Shown here: positions 14,012-26,400 of the stretch, one piece after another
Layout: each line of letters begins with the position of its first letter
Numbering within the stretch: the first letter of the stretch is position 1
Origin: Blasia pusilla
Lineage: Eukaryota
DNA: 64,000 bases
Assembly: GCA_050084515.1 (NCBI GenBank)
Contig: CM114271.1
Coordinates: 8,060,001 to 8,124,000 of the forward strand
Direction of reading: 5' to 3'
The notes under the pieces: generated by a model
What the model was told of the DNA's origin: nothing
Database searches by the model: none
The model's input: the letters and a program-made list of their open reading frames with translations, nothing else
Program-made: the position numbers and the translations under genes

Positions 14012-15046
14012 TGTCGTGAACCTCATAACCAAACGAACGCCAAACGGAACATCTGAAGTCTAGCAAGCTCACGCTGGGATGGTTTGCGCTTTGGAGAGGT
14101 CTCAAGAAGAGAGAAGTTAGGAAATACAAGTGTGAGACACAAGCGAGGTGAGCCCTTTGAGTATTTCGTGCATTTATGGTCGCGACTAAGAAAATCGGAA
14201 CCAAACATGTAACCCAGACTTAAGAGAAATCAAGTCTCGAAGGAGACATGGCCAAGGAGTGAGAATCGGACTTGGGACGTGGCTAGGCTTTGGAGTTTTC
14301 GCTCAGTTTTTTATTGTACTTTTGACCATAAATTTTAGTCCCAAGATGCGTTTGGGACAAGTAAGAAGGTGTTGGAAAGCTCATGTAGAGCCGATTCTAA
14401 CACACTAAAGATATTGGCAAACGCTTAAGCATAGGCTGAGACATGGGCCAGAACTGACTATACAGGGAGTCGGATTGAGGGCCACAAAGAGGGGCCCGTG
14501 TGTCGCTTCCCCAAAGGCAGGGGAGGCCGGGAATCCCCATAAATACTAGTAAGAGAGAAGGTCTCCAAGGGTGCTTGGGACTCAAACCCCACTTTGGGCG
14601 CCGCGGGACGACTCAAGGGCACGGAATGGATGGGGAGTTTTGGCATTGGGATCCAAAACCCAAACCAAGTCCAATGGAGTGGATTTCCGAACTCCCTATT
14701 AGACTCCTATCTGCGACTCACTTGGTGAGTCTTGGTTAGGGGGCTCATGCGAGGTCCATTGGACAGTTGGGACCGCTAGGCGCGCAAACGTCGTTTTAGG
14801 TACCTAGATTAACTAGAAAGTCTATCCCAAGTCTCAGAAGACTTGCCCGTGTTGGGAACCTAGGAATGAGGGAAGGTTGAGCTTGATGAGGTGTTGAGTC
14901 GAGGACTTGGTGGGTTGGAAGGCTGTTTGACCCAAACCAGGCTAAAGTGAGTGTGTTTGGGTGCAGGTCGGCGATGAGAGTGTGTCTTACTAAACGTACG
15001 CTTCCGCAACTCTAAATTAACGTTTGAGGGGAGTACGGACACGAAA
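14012..15046 (+). mobile_element. Solo LTR, family B
   Basis: TGTCGTG...CACGAAA ends with TSD ATTAA (14007-14011, 15047-15051). Homologous to the LTR at 44247-45248. Confidence 0.85.
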
Positions 15047-16118
15047 ATTAATGATTTTTCCCTAGTTTTGGCCTCTTTTATGAAAAATAAGAACCCATTG
15101 TAAAAAATGTCTGAGGATTTTTGAGTACGTGTAGGGAGGTAGTACGTGTTGTCTTGCAAAATGTTTAATTCTGGCTGATAGGGGTTGTAAGACATATTGT
15201 GAGTGATTTGGCCCTTTTAACTAGGCAACTCTAAAGGTGGAGGTGATTGTTGTACCAGGAAGAAAAACTAACCCAAGAGACGGATTGGATAACTCAAGAA
15301 GGCATTTGTAGTCTTTGTAAAGTTCATTGATGTTGAGGTTTGTATCCATTACTTATTTTATGTTGTCTATATTAGACTGAATCTTATCTATTGAGGCTAA
15401 CTCCATATTCCAAGCAACAAGAGGGGAATCTATAAGTGATGTAGGATTGAATAATCCCTTGTGGAAGCCGTTAAATTTGCTAGTGATGGCAATTATAGAA
15501 TCTACAATATATAGGAGTTGTAGTTGATGTGGATTTGGAGCCAGAATGCTATGTATGTATGCTGGTATCATGTAAGAGTTTAAGATAATTTTTGGCTGGT
15601 TAGTGGTGCATAGGTTGCATACATAAAACTATCAAGGTTTTGGTATAATGTATGGTGTAAGAAATCCATTGCAAAGAGCGTAGGGAGGATAAAGTAAAGA
15701 CTCAAAAACTATGCACATTTTAGTATGTGGTGTGGAATACATCACAAGACTACAATACCCACAACAATGCATGGAGAGGATAGATTTGTTGCGAATATCT
15801 GTCCATTTGGATTGGAGGTTCTCTGCAAAGGAGCAATGATAGCATACTCAATTGCATGCTAAGTTGGGTTTGAGGGTTTGTCTTGATCGTGCTTTTTCCC
15901 TTTGTTGTTGCAGACGGGACTTGTTTAGTATCCTTATTCTAGTTCTTATCTAAGAGGGAGGATATATATAAATGCGTGTGTGGGATTATGGTAGGCTATT
16001 CAATACGTCACTACTTGTATTGTGCCTGGATTGGGGACGACGAGGCATTGTGTAAGGTAAAATTGTTGTGAAGCAAGAGAATAAACTATTAAAACCATGA
16101 CAAGTACTTAAAGTTGTC

Positions 16119-16123
<5 letters not shown>

Positions 16124-16177
<54 letters not shown>
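16124..16177. repeat. (GA)27 microsatellite
   Basis: Perfect GA dinucleotide run. Confidence 0.95.
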
Positions 16178-16178
<1 letters not shown>

Positions 16179-19100
16179 GTTGTTGAAGCTAATGCAGTAG
16201 TTGAAATATATAAGTTAGATGCTAACAAAGTAAATGATTGCGGGAGAGCTAGAGAGTGATACAACAATAGAGAACCGAGCTTGCTGCAGATTCGAAAACT
16301 TAGGTTTGCCACTATCAATTCTATGTTCTCTACTTATGAATTGCTTACCGAAAAAAATCTATGGATGAGATTGATTCAGGTATATAGATGAGAATGTGGA
16401 AGAGAGAATGGAATTGGCAGTGGATACGATGTGCAGGGAACAAGAGGAGCGAAAACTCATGATGAAATGGAATCGGGAAGAAAAATGGTTGGAGACTAAA
16501 AATGGGAACCAAAGCCAAGTGAGTCCTTGAATTGTGGGACTCAAAATTCCCGAAGCTAATTTGAAACGTTAGGAGATCTTAGTTGTGACGTTCAACGTTT
16601 GTAGGCATATGGAAAAGACTAGCTCTATGAAGTTTTATGGCTTGCAGATTGCACAACAGTAACTATTCACATTGGGCTTACCTCAAAATTTCTATGAATG
16701 TATGGATATGTAAGTTGGTTTTTTTGTCCGAGGATGGGTGAGCATTATGCGGGGTTGAATAGAAAAGCCGTTATCAAGGCTTCAATGAAGTTAAACGATT
16801 ATTCAAAATTTTTTTTGGCGACATTAGCATGCCTTGGGCCGTGAAATTGAAATTTACTCAACTATTGTTGATTGTTACACCAATCAACATCAGCCCATAG
16901 ATAACACTATCTAAATTTTGTCAGCAAGCTCTGACGCCAAATGCAGTGATGCGTTATCACTCAGAATGAGAATGGTCTAGGAGGCAAGGGAGCTCCTACC
17001 TTGACTTCTTGTCAGTATTGGGGTTGGAGGGCCTCACAAAAATATGAAGAAGAGTGAAGAGTGATGCAGTGTTTGGCTTTCATCCCTATGTCACTAAACC
17101 CTAAATATCCACGTAGAAGATAGAAGAAAAGTTGGATGAGGAGGTTATGGAGGCATTTAGGTTCAGCATTTGCGACTAACACTTTGTTGAGGCGAGTCTT
17201 TGATATCAATTGGAAGACAGTGGAATGGGAGAATTAAGTCATTTGCAATTGATAATCTGCTAATGTGAGTCGTGGATATTGAAACATTGCTGAATATTAA
17301 AATCAAGGGTAGAGTCCATGTCTACTAGAATATTCTGAATTGAGAGTTTGCTTCATTTGAAGGAAAAAATTGCAACAACTTTTGGTGATATAGCGTTTAG
17401 GCTCATTTCAAAATTTCAAGAATGGAATCCTTTGCAAAATATTGAGTTTTCGCCTGGCTTCTTGTATGCGAGCATTGTGGTTGAGAAAGAACTAAGTTTC
17501 AATAGGTGCAACATAACAAGGCAAGGTAGCCAAAGGTCCTAAACTTTGAAACAACAAGAAATAGGAAAAATATGGAAGGCAAGTGCAATGGCCTAGGAAT
17601 AATTTCAAACCTCTGCTCTTCTTCATATGGTCGCAACAAAATGGACGAACCCTCGAACGTTGTAAAGAAGGAACACGGGAAGGTATAAGGGCAAAAAAAT
17701 TAGTAAGGCCATTGGTAGAGAGAGGAGAGAACGAAACTTTGAAACTTACAAAAAGTGAGGTGTTGTTATGGTGAATCGGAGTCATTTTCGGGAAATCATA
17801 CTCTGCCTGCAGCTAACTCCGTGCCTTGCGCACGTGCCTCTCCCTAAGGTCTCGTGTCCTGTCAGTTTTTAAATTTTTTTCTTTTCCCTTTCTTGTGTGA
17901 CAGTCTCGGGCCCCTGTCATGTTACGCAAATTTCACACAAAGAAATGGCTCAAGGATCGCAGTTGACAACGCATGAGGTTGAAGTGTGAGCGGACGTGAT
18001 AGAGCTAAGCGAAACGAAATAATTCAGAGTTGTAGGAGTTCAGAAAAAACCAGGTGAGGAAGAGAGCTGCGAAAAAGAGAGCTGAGAATGATCGAGGATA
18101 GGTCTCCACTACCCTAAATGGCAGGTCCTGTAAACCATTATGTCGGCTGAGTACTTACAAAATTAGAGCCTCGTCAATAAGAAGTGACAGCACATACAAG
18201 TGGGAAACGATCTAGCAAAGTAGTAACGAATAGAACGAGAAACAAAGTATTGCGTATCAATGGAGAACAAGATGTAAGGTGTGTTCGAGCTAGGTACTCA
18301 CAAAAGTCAAACCCTCGGAAATGAATTTGAGACGGAAAAAGAAATTCGATTCAAATTCAACATGACTCACAAAGAATGTCGAGGAAGCCATTAGTGTGGG
18401 CAACCGATTACCGCAGATCTACACTCACGCCAAATAAATGTGAGGAGCCGCCACATCTTTCATACGAGAGAAGCGTTAAGGCTCACACAAAGTAGCGAAC
18501 TATAATACTGAGACAAGGAGCCGTCGGATCCTCATCAAGCAGTGTTAGAGTACACACGTCACGTGTTTTGACACATGAATGTGGGAACTTTAGGAAAAAT
18601 GAATGTGGGACCTAAAACGACCCCTACATGTAGTGGCCGTAAAGAGATGAAAAAGATACCGCTGCCCGATTTCCGGGGCAGGCGACCGGAATTGCAATGT
18701 GCTTTTGCGCGTCATATCGGGAACGGACGGAGTGCCACGACACAGTTGGTCCTACGGAGAGTGGGGAGGGTAGGACCACGTTTTTTAGGGTTAAGGTTGC
18801 GGTCTGGTCTCTGTGGTGGCAGGAAAGTCCCCCAGTGGTGGTCGCGCACTGCTGCAGGCTCTCTGCGCTCTGCTCTGTGGCTCCGGTCTCGAGCTCCGTG
18901 CACAGAATTTCTCCTTTTGGTGCTCTCCTGCTGCTGCTCCCTCCTCATGGGAGCGAGGCAGTAATCCTGGAATCCATCGGGTATGATGGACGATGAGTGG
19001 GAGCATTGCGGGGAGTGACGATGGTGGAAGTTGTGCTGCTACCGGTGGAGGCGTAAGCGATGGGATGATGGAGGAATTTCGGATGTCTTTCTTGTGAGTG

Positions 19101-19454
19101 TCGTTCGTGTGAATTTGGATCATGTGATTGCTCGCAAATTTGTCAATTTCGTTCCCGAGGATTGGGTTTTTACCTCTGAGCTCTTCGAGAAGTGGAAGAA
19201 AACTCATTCGGGTTAATAGGATGGAGAGCGAGAGGGGGAGGGAGATGGGGAGAGCGAGAAGAAAGAGAAAGGAGAGAGGGGAGTAGGAAGGAGAGGGATG
19301 TCTGAATTCAAGAAGAGATTTTGTGTTGTGCGTTCAGGAGTTGTGTTTGTGAAGAGAGGATTGCTTGCCCTGTGTTATAGATGGGGGGGATTGGGACGCT
19401 AACTAGGTAGAAGGCAAGGAACGGAAGGATCACTGTGGTTTTATTTCTTGAAGC

Positions 19455-20028
19455 ATGGAGCCTGGTGGAGATGTTGCTGGGGATCTGGTCGTAGATTGTG
19501 AGCCAGTAGCGGCTGCAATTGAGCAAGTTGATGAGTCGGTCGAGAGGCAGAATCGGAACCCCCGCTGGTCACAGCATGAGACTCTCGTTCTCGTGGTCGC
19601 AAAAAGGCGGCAAGCAGATGAGCTTTCGGCAGCGATTCCTCGCCCTAGAAATCTTACGGCGGACGAGAGGTGGGAGTCGATTGCAGTGCATTGCAAGGCA
19701 AATGGGTGTGAAAGAAATGCATATCAGTGCAGGAAACGTTGGTTTGCACTGTATGGAGACTACAAGAAAGTGAAGGAGTGGCAGAGATCCAGTTCGGAGG
19801 CTTATTGGACAATGAAGAGCGAGAGAAGGCGCGAAAACCGACTTCCAGGGACTTTTGACCGAGTAGTGTTCACGAACATGGATTCTTGGCTGAAGAAAGG
19901 CTCCGAGACCACTTTTGACACCCCAAGTCGACCTGACGAGGGGATTTCTTCGGAGATTGAACAAGATATCGAGGGGCCAGCGCTCCCTGGTATGGCTCGA
20001 GGAGACGGGAATTCGATTCCCCGATCAG
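19455..20028 (+). CDS. ASR3: Trihelix transcription factor ASR3-like, exon 1 (trihelix/Myb-SANT-like domain 1)
   Basis: RNPRWSQHETLVLV...ERWESIAVHCKANGCERNAYQCRKRWFALYGDYKKVKEWQ...YWTMKSERRRENRLPGTFD. Donor CAG|GTAGGC after 20028 (phase 1). Confidence 0.9.
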
Positions 20029-20770
20029 GTAGGCAATCTTCTGGGCTGCTTTCCCTATCAGCCGGTCGACTATTACAGACTCTCCATGTACTCTCAAGGT
20101 GAAGTCAGACGCGCAATCACGAATTAGCTACACGTTAGTGCACTAATTATCGAGGCTCGCTTGTACTTTTGCGGTTTTCATCGAACTCCCTACTTTAACG
20201 AGTCCTCTGTAGATGAGTTTTTAACTTAATTTTTTTCTGTTACTTTTGGATAAAGTCTAGTATCTCTACGAAAGTCATCTGCTTTCAATATCTGAGAGCC
20301 CATTTTGAAAGCTGGATCATGAGGTGTTTGTGATTTGTCTATCGGAGTGCACTAGTTTCAATATTGACGGCTCTTTCAATTTGTTGAGTGCCTGCAATTC
20401 GGCCAAATGAATTGACCATCGTGAGTATTACTTGAGCAAGGTTTGGCCTTTGGTACTCGTCACCATCACAAATGAATTGGGACTTTTCCCGAAAATGCCT
20501 TCCAAGTGTAGAATATATCAGGATATAAGGAATGCTGGTAATGGAGTGTGATGAATGCAAGAAGGTTGAGGCTGTTGATATTCTGAACATATAACTCTGA
20601 GCGTGAGTTCTGAAAAAATTTAACTCCTCTCACACAACCAACGAGAAGCAGGGATTGTTCATAATCCTATGATGTACAGTAGGGTCATAAGTTTCAACAT
20701 CTGATAACTCTCATCTATGAGTTTCTTGGCTCATATATTGAGCATAGTATGACTGTTTGAAATGTTGCAG

Positions 20771-21316
20771 AGCAAACAGGTGACCCGGGAGACAAGCGAT
20801 ATCGCAACCCTCGTTGGTCCCTGCAAGAGTCCCTCATTCTTTTGGCTGCCAAAAAAAAGCAAGAAGATGATTCTGGAATGGCTCCCAAAGCCAGAGCACG
20901 TACTGTTAGTGCTGATGAGCGCTGGGAGTCCATCTCTGCATACTGCAGAGCTAGTCGATGCGAGAGAAATGCCTATCAGTGCCGCAAACGTTGGAGTGCA
21001 CTGTTAGGAGATTTCAAGCGAATCAGAGAGTGGCAGAAGCTGAGCTCTGAGTCCTACTGGCTCATGAAGAACGAGAAACGGAAGGAGAACAAGCTTCCGG
21101 CAATCTTTGAACATGAGGTGTTTGCTAACATGGATTCATGGGTTGGGAAACGGACTGGGAAAAAGTCAGGCAATGCACCAGATGGATTTTTGAACTGTAT
21201 TCGGCCTGCCAATGGTGGACTCTTTTCGGACGTGGAGCACGACCGGGATGGCCATTTCGAACCAGACTTGCCTAATGGTGGCTGCCAAAGAAACACAACC
21301 TTAGCACCTGAATTAG
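20771..21316 (+). CDS. ASR3: Trihelix transcription factor ASR3-like, exon 2 (second trihelix domain)
   Basis: Acceptor TTGCAG| at 20770. In frame with exon 1 (EQTGDPGDKRYRNPRWSLQESLILL...ERWESISAYC...QCRKRWSALLGDFKRIREW). Donor TAG|GTATCA after 21316. 546 nt, phase 1-1. Confidence 0.88.
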
Positions 21317-23376
21317 GTATCACTGACTCTCTCCCTCTCTCCTGTCTTGTTCTCACCTTTTGGCGATTGTGTTGGAGTAATACCTTCAACCCATGAGCAT
21401 TTTGTCTCTCTCACCTTCTAAGGAAAAGAGGGGAAAAGTGCTCATAACAGGTCTTGTCGAAGGAGCAAAATTTTATCTAATTATCTACTTCATAGACCTG
21501 ATCGACAGGGGAAGCATTTAAGTACTTTTGGGAGTTTCTATTTCATCTGTTGGACTATTCTCTGGACTTGGATGCTACTCCTCTGTCTTATGCAGTGCAG
21601 AGAATGAGAGTAGAATTCTCATTAGCACCACTGAGATTGCTCGTCCACCTTGTAGAAAGACTTGTGATCTTGCAACAAGTTCGAGGTCAATTGCTTCACT
21701 GAGAAAGTTTATGATCAACCTTCCGATGGCTTAAGTGAATTCTTATCCACCTCAAGATGATAGTAGTAGTTCCATGAATGGGTGTTTTTTTTTTTGGCAT
21801 GGAGTTATGAAGCTCTTCTGCCATGGTGCTACCTTCACCTTTATTGTTGTCCCTGGCGCTTCCCTGTGGTTTACTTCATGAGCTCTACATTTTATTCCTG
21901 GTGAAACATCACACTTGTGGTCTTGCATCTTGCCGAGTGGCATTCACACCTCAACTTGAAACTTGTAGATTTAGTATTGTTGTGGATGTGAGCTTGGAGC
22001 TTAATTCACGCCAATTATTAAAAAACACTAAGATAGGTGGATGACACCCCACAAATAGGAGAGTGACTTACAAGTTGTTTTAGTAGCGTTATGTACTGAA
22101 ATGTCTTCTTGCTGTATGCAACTGCACAGAAAATCAGCAAAGCATCCATTTGGTGAAATGCCTGTGAGAGTCATACGGATAAAGAAACATGTCTGTGGAT
22201 TCCCATTTCTTTCTACCAGATATTTAGTTTTAAGTCAGATGTGACCAAGCTTAGATTAGAGATGTAAACAATTGCAAGAACAGTTTAGATCACTTATGGG
22301 CCTTGTCCAAAGAGGTGGATAACCTGCAATCCTTCATTGGAGATCGACCTTGGTCTTTCTTTTGAGAGATTTAATTCTGTTCTCCAAAAGTGGGATCTTT
22401 GTTAATCCTCCAACTCAGCCTTGGCCTGAAGAGATATATGTGGGTCTTGGGCTCATGTATTTTCTCCTCAGATGAATCCAAACTGGCCTGTGCATAGCTG
22501 GTAAAATCATAAGATGAGTAGGAATGAGTCATGGGTCTCTGACTGATCAGTCAAAGTCCATTTATGCTTGCCTTTGATAAATGACAATCCAGCTGATGGT
22601 GAGGATGAGCTCTGGAGTCTTACAACTTCAATTGAGACTGCTACCATGGTTAGGTGGGGAATGGAGAGAGAGAGTGATGATTTAGTACACGGCCAGGATA
22701 TGGTATGGGTCTTCCGACCCCATCTTGGATCATATCATTGAATCTGGCAGCTTCTCTAAAGAAGAGATTACTTCTTGATGCACTATCTGAAAAAAACATG
22801 ATCTTGGGTGCAGACTGTGTATTGCTCGATTCACTCTGGAGCATAAACGAGGGTTGGGGGCAATTTGCTCTTTCCTCAAGCCTGGTTTATCCACGGTTGG
22901 GAAAGTTGTGCCAATTATTTGTGTGGGAATGACGGCCACAATGAATACCCTAAACCTCCTTTAGTGGGATGTTTTGAAGAAAGCTTGGTCTTTCTGGCCA
23001 TGCAAAGACTACTGGTGGATTGATGACGGACACTGAGCTTTCAAGTGGGGGCTATTCTAAATGCAATGCCTTGATGAATTGGCCACTGCCTTTTGCATCA
23101 AGTAGGCATGGGAAATAGGGGATCCAAATGTCATTCTGAGCTCCAGTGGTGCCTGTCTATGCACTTCACTGTATTGACTTCAGGTGAAAAAGTAGTAACT
23201 CCTCTTTGAATGGGATGTTGTGAAGTTAGGGGTCTAAGTTTAAAAGATGCAAGAGATTGCCAGTTTAAAAGCTTATGAGGAGCAGAAAAGGCTCTACACG
23301 AAGTCCATTTTGAATTCAACGTGAAGTAGAGGTATAGTATAGTATAGGAAGACGAAGAGGATTGGCCGTAGGGGAG

Positions 23377-23402
23377 GTGTGTGTGTGTGTGTGTGTGTGT
23401 GT
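23377..23402. repeat. (GT)13 microsatellite in intron 2
   Basis: Perfect GT run. Confidence 0.95.
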
Positions 23403-26400
23403 TAGGGGGGTGGGCAGGGATGGTCTGTTTTTGCCTGCTGTATAGTGTATTATGCCTCTGGAAGGTTGTAATCAGGTCTACTGTTCATGGTCCAAGGGGC
23501 TTCAAAGGCAGAACAGACAAGCAGAGTAAACTTTTTTCGGTAGAGTTGATGAGGAACAGCTTGTATGTACGTATTTAAGCTAGCATAAAGCAGTCTCTGG
23601 GCAGAGGAATTGCTGAAGAAGTGAGCTCCAGATAGTTACTGGTGTTAGTGATCGACACTGAGACTAATTGGGAAAGAGGACAAAAGTTGCTTGGAGACCC
23701 TACAGTTTACGGGTTGTGATCAGCACAGATGAGAACCTAAAAAATGCCAGAAAACTGCAAATCTGTCGGGATTTCAGGTATTTGTTTTGATGGAAAGTGT
23801 AAATAAAGGTTGGGAAGCATCTTATGTACCTACTTAGATCAGCCTTCCTACCTAGTTGATATTCAAATCCGCAATCTAGGTTACTTCTGCTGTAGTCACC
23901 TTCTATGTTGTTTTGACCTACTGATTTACTTGATTGTATGTGAGACGTGGTCCTGGGCTTTTTAGCAGAGATTATTGTTCTCTTTAAAGTATATGAAATC
24001 CAAGGGTCAATCTCAGAAATAAGAGTAAGGGATCGCAAGAGCCTGACCCAGAGTATGATACTCCTCAACGTCATGCAACAACTAGAGAATTGTTTAGTGG
24101 TCTTAGGTCAACCTTTTAGCATGACGCATTGAATACAAGTGCTACTGTTTCCACATACTCTACTTACGCCTGAGAAATTATGTTCTCTTGATGTTGTGGA
24201 CAAGTGAGATTGCAACCACATGCAGAATTGGAGAGGAGACAAGCTGACAACGAAAACCATTGGCTTAGTACTCACTATTGTTGAGGATATGCATGTACAC
24301 TGGCCTTAGTCAGGGACATGTTACGGAGGATGCAAAGGATGGCTTTAGACAGAAGAATAGGCACATTATTTTTCAACATCCACAGAAATTAGGGTAAAGA
24401 GACTACTCATTACTTAGTGACTGTCATAGCCATGACAATAGACCCTACACCCTGTTTAAAAAATGCTGGAGAGTGGGATGGGTGCGGAGAGAGGAAGAAG
24501 GGAAGGAGGTACAAGATGAGAGGATGGAGACTCTCTCATGTACTGTGAGCACTGGCAATACTGAGTTTTCGTGCCAAGCTTGCAGATATCAACCAAGAAG
24601 CACTTTACAACTTTACCAGAATGGGATCTCCAATAGACGTCACCTACCAGTGGAGCAGCTATTGGCAGTGAACCTAGGCTACTGAATGTGATGAACGGTC
24701 CTGGTGGTAGCACCTAAGCAATTTCAGCAGAAGCCGTTGCTAGGTTGCTAGAGGAAATAAGGACAAGAGATTCAGTAGCTGAGTCCAACTATAGGACTGC
24801 CGTGAATTGACCACACCAACAAAGGAGAGGTGTCCCTCAAAATTCTTCCACAATTTAATTTTCAGTGTTTCCATGTAGTCATTTCTGAAATTGGAAGATG
24901 TCAGAATAGAGCCAGAGCCAGATGTGTAGGTGACCTTGCTGTGAACTGTGTACAGGCACTGTGCTTAGTAATCTGTAACGGAGTTTTTTGTGACTTTGCA
25001 AAATTGCTTTATTTTAAGATTCTCAAAACTTGTGTCGCTGCACAGAGAGAACATGATGAGGCAGTGCCAAGGATGGGTAGATAGAGATAGTACTGATTGA
25101 GTGGGAACTCCACTATCAGGAACACTAATATTAGTCTTAAATATTTAAAAGTGAAGTGCACAATTATCTTGCAACACCACCTGAAGTGTGGGATGAAGAA
25201 AAATGAATACTGTGAAGAATTGGTAACCAATGCAAATAATGCAATCTTGTTGCAAGATGGCAGTGAGGAAGCTACAAGAAGGCCTGGGACCAGCAAACCT
25301 TGAGAATACCTTTGGGAAAATGCATGAATCTTCTTTGCAAGATAGAGTACTATTCCACTGAACCAGCATAAGAGTGGGATGCGGATAAACCCTGTGTAGT
25401 GTTTGAAAATAAAGACAAGGCCTGGCTTTGTATTGCAGATAGTGGAGTCTCAAGTTTAATGACCTTCTCAGGTCCCTGTGGGGAAAGAATTGGTTCATTC
25501 TTTCTCTGTAGAATTCACAGAAGAAAGAGCAATGCTCCTATTCGAAATTGCTAGGGACGCCCCTTCAAAGCTATTCTCCATGTCAAGTAGCCTAGTTTCA
25601 TTTCTGAAAGCTCTCCAAGAATACCTTGTTTGGTATTGACTCACTCACACTTTATGAGAGAGTCTCACTCCTCTTTTACAGCACTTCTTCCCCTCTTGCC
25701 ACCTATCTCAGTTATTAGTACCATCTTACCAGGGTACTTGGTCAATGGTTGGTCCAGAACTTCATGACTGCATTCTCTCTGTGGAGGGTACACCAGTCCT
25801 TTGCCCTCTCCAAGCAGGTCATGGCATGGTCGCAGGGATATATCATAGGCACTAATCAATGTGCAGTCTCTCTGGATCACCTTCCCTTGCAAGCGAGGAG
25901 TTCTTGAATCCCCGTTTTGTAACACGAGGCATGGGGACTAGCCTCTCTAGTGCAATGATTCCTTCTGTCCTTAGTGTGCTCATGTCTTGGAAGGTCCAAA
26001 AGAGAGGGTATTCGCTCTGGTTATGGCCATAAGCCTGTGATTGGCACTACTTAATGAGTGCAGTGTCTCTGGGGGTTAAATTAGAATGCCGGTAGTGCAG
26101 GGCCCGAGGTCTCTGTTTTTTTCTTGCATGCAGGAAGGGATCAAATCCCCACTTTGTACCAGGGAGACTAGCCTTCCCCGTGCAATGATTCCTTCTGTCC
26201 TTTCTGTGCCCACCTCTTGGAGGCTGAAAAGAGAGTGGAACAAAAAAAGTGCACTCACATCACTCATCCCCAAACCCAGTGCACTTGCTCTTCTAGGATA
26301 CCTGAGTCATTTGCACAGCTATGTGTGACAACCCAAACTTTCAATTTATAGTAGTGATGGCATCTGTCTCTGCATGGCTCACCTCTAGATGGTTATAATA

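Larger units (their letters stand above)
8244..16049 (-). pseudogene. Helitron RepHel (HUH Rep + PIF1-like helicase) relic, interrupted by solo LTRs
   Basis: Rep motifs HFFLTLTSDE (13449-13646 ORF) and YEPQGRGSLHSHII (13206-13424). Helicase motifs GSEKTY (decayed Walker A, 9100-9300), ILVGGMAQLPP (8352-8819) and ANGAHAIV (8200-8427). Many stops. Confidence 0.85.

Noticed and set aside
17815-17850. Further Helitron 3' end (CCGTGCCTTGCGCACG...CTAAG)
   Set aside because: The hairpin and terminus are imperfect, and there is no second copy in the window to define an element.
18554-18566. G-box/ABRE-like ACACGTCACGTGT upstream of the trihelix gene
   Set aside because: A single short motif with unknown TSS cannot be supported as functional.
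18575-19216. ORFs of 60-138 aa upstream of the trihelix gene
   Set aside because: GC-rich promoter/5' UTR-like region with overlapping ORFs on both strands and no recognisable domain.
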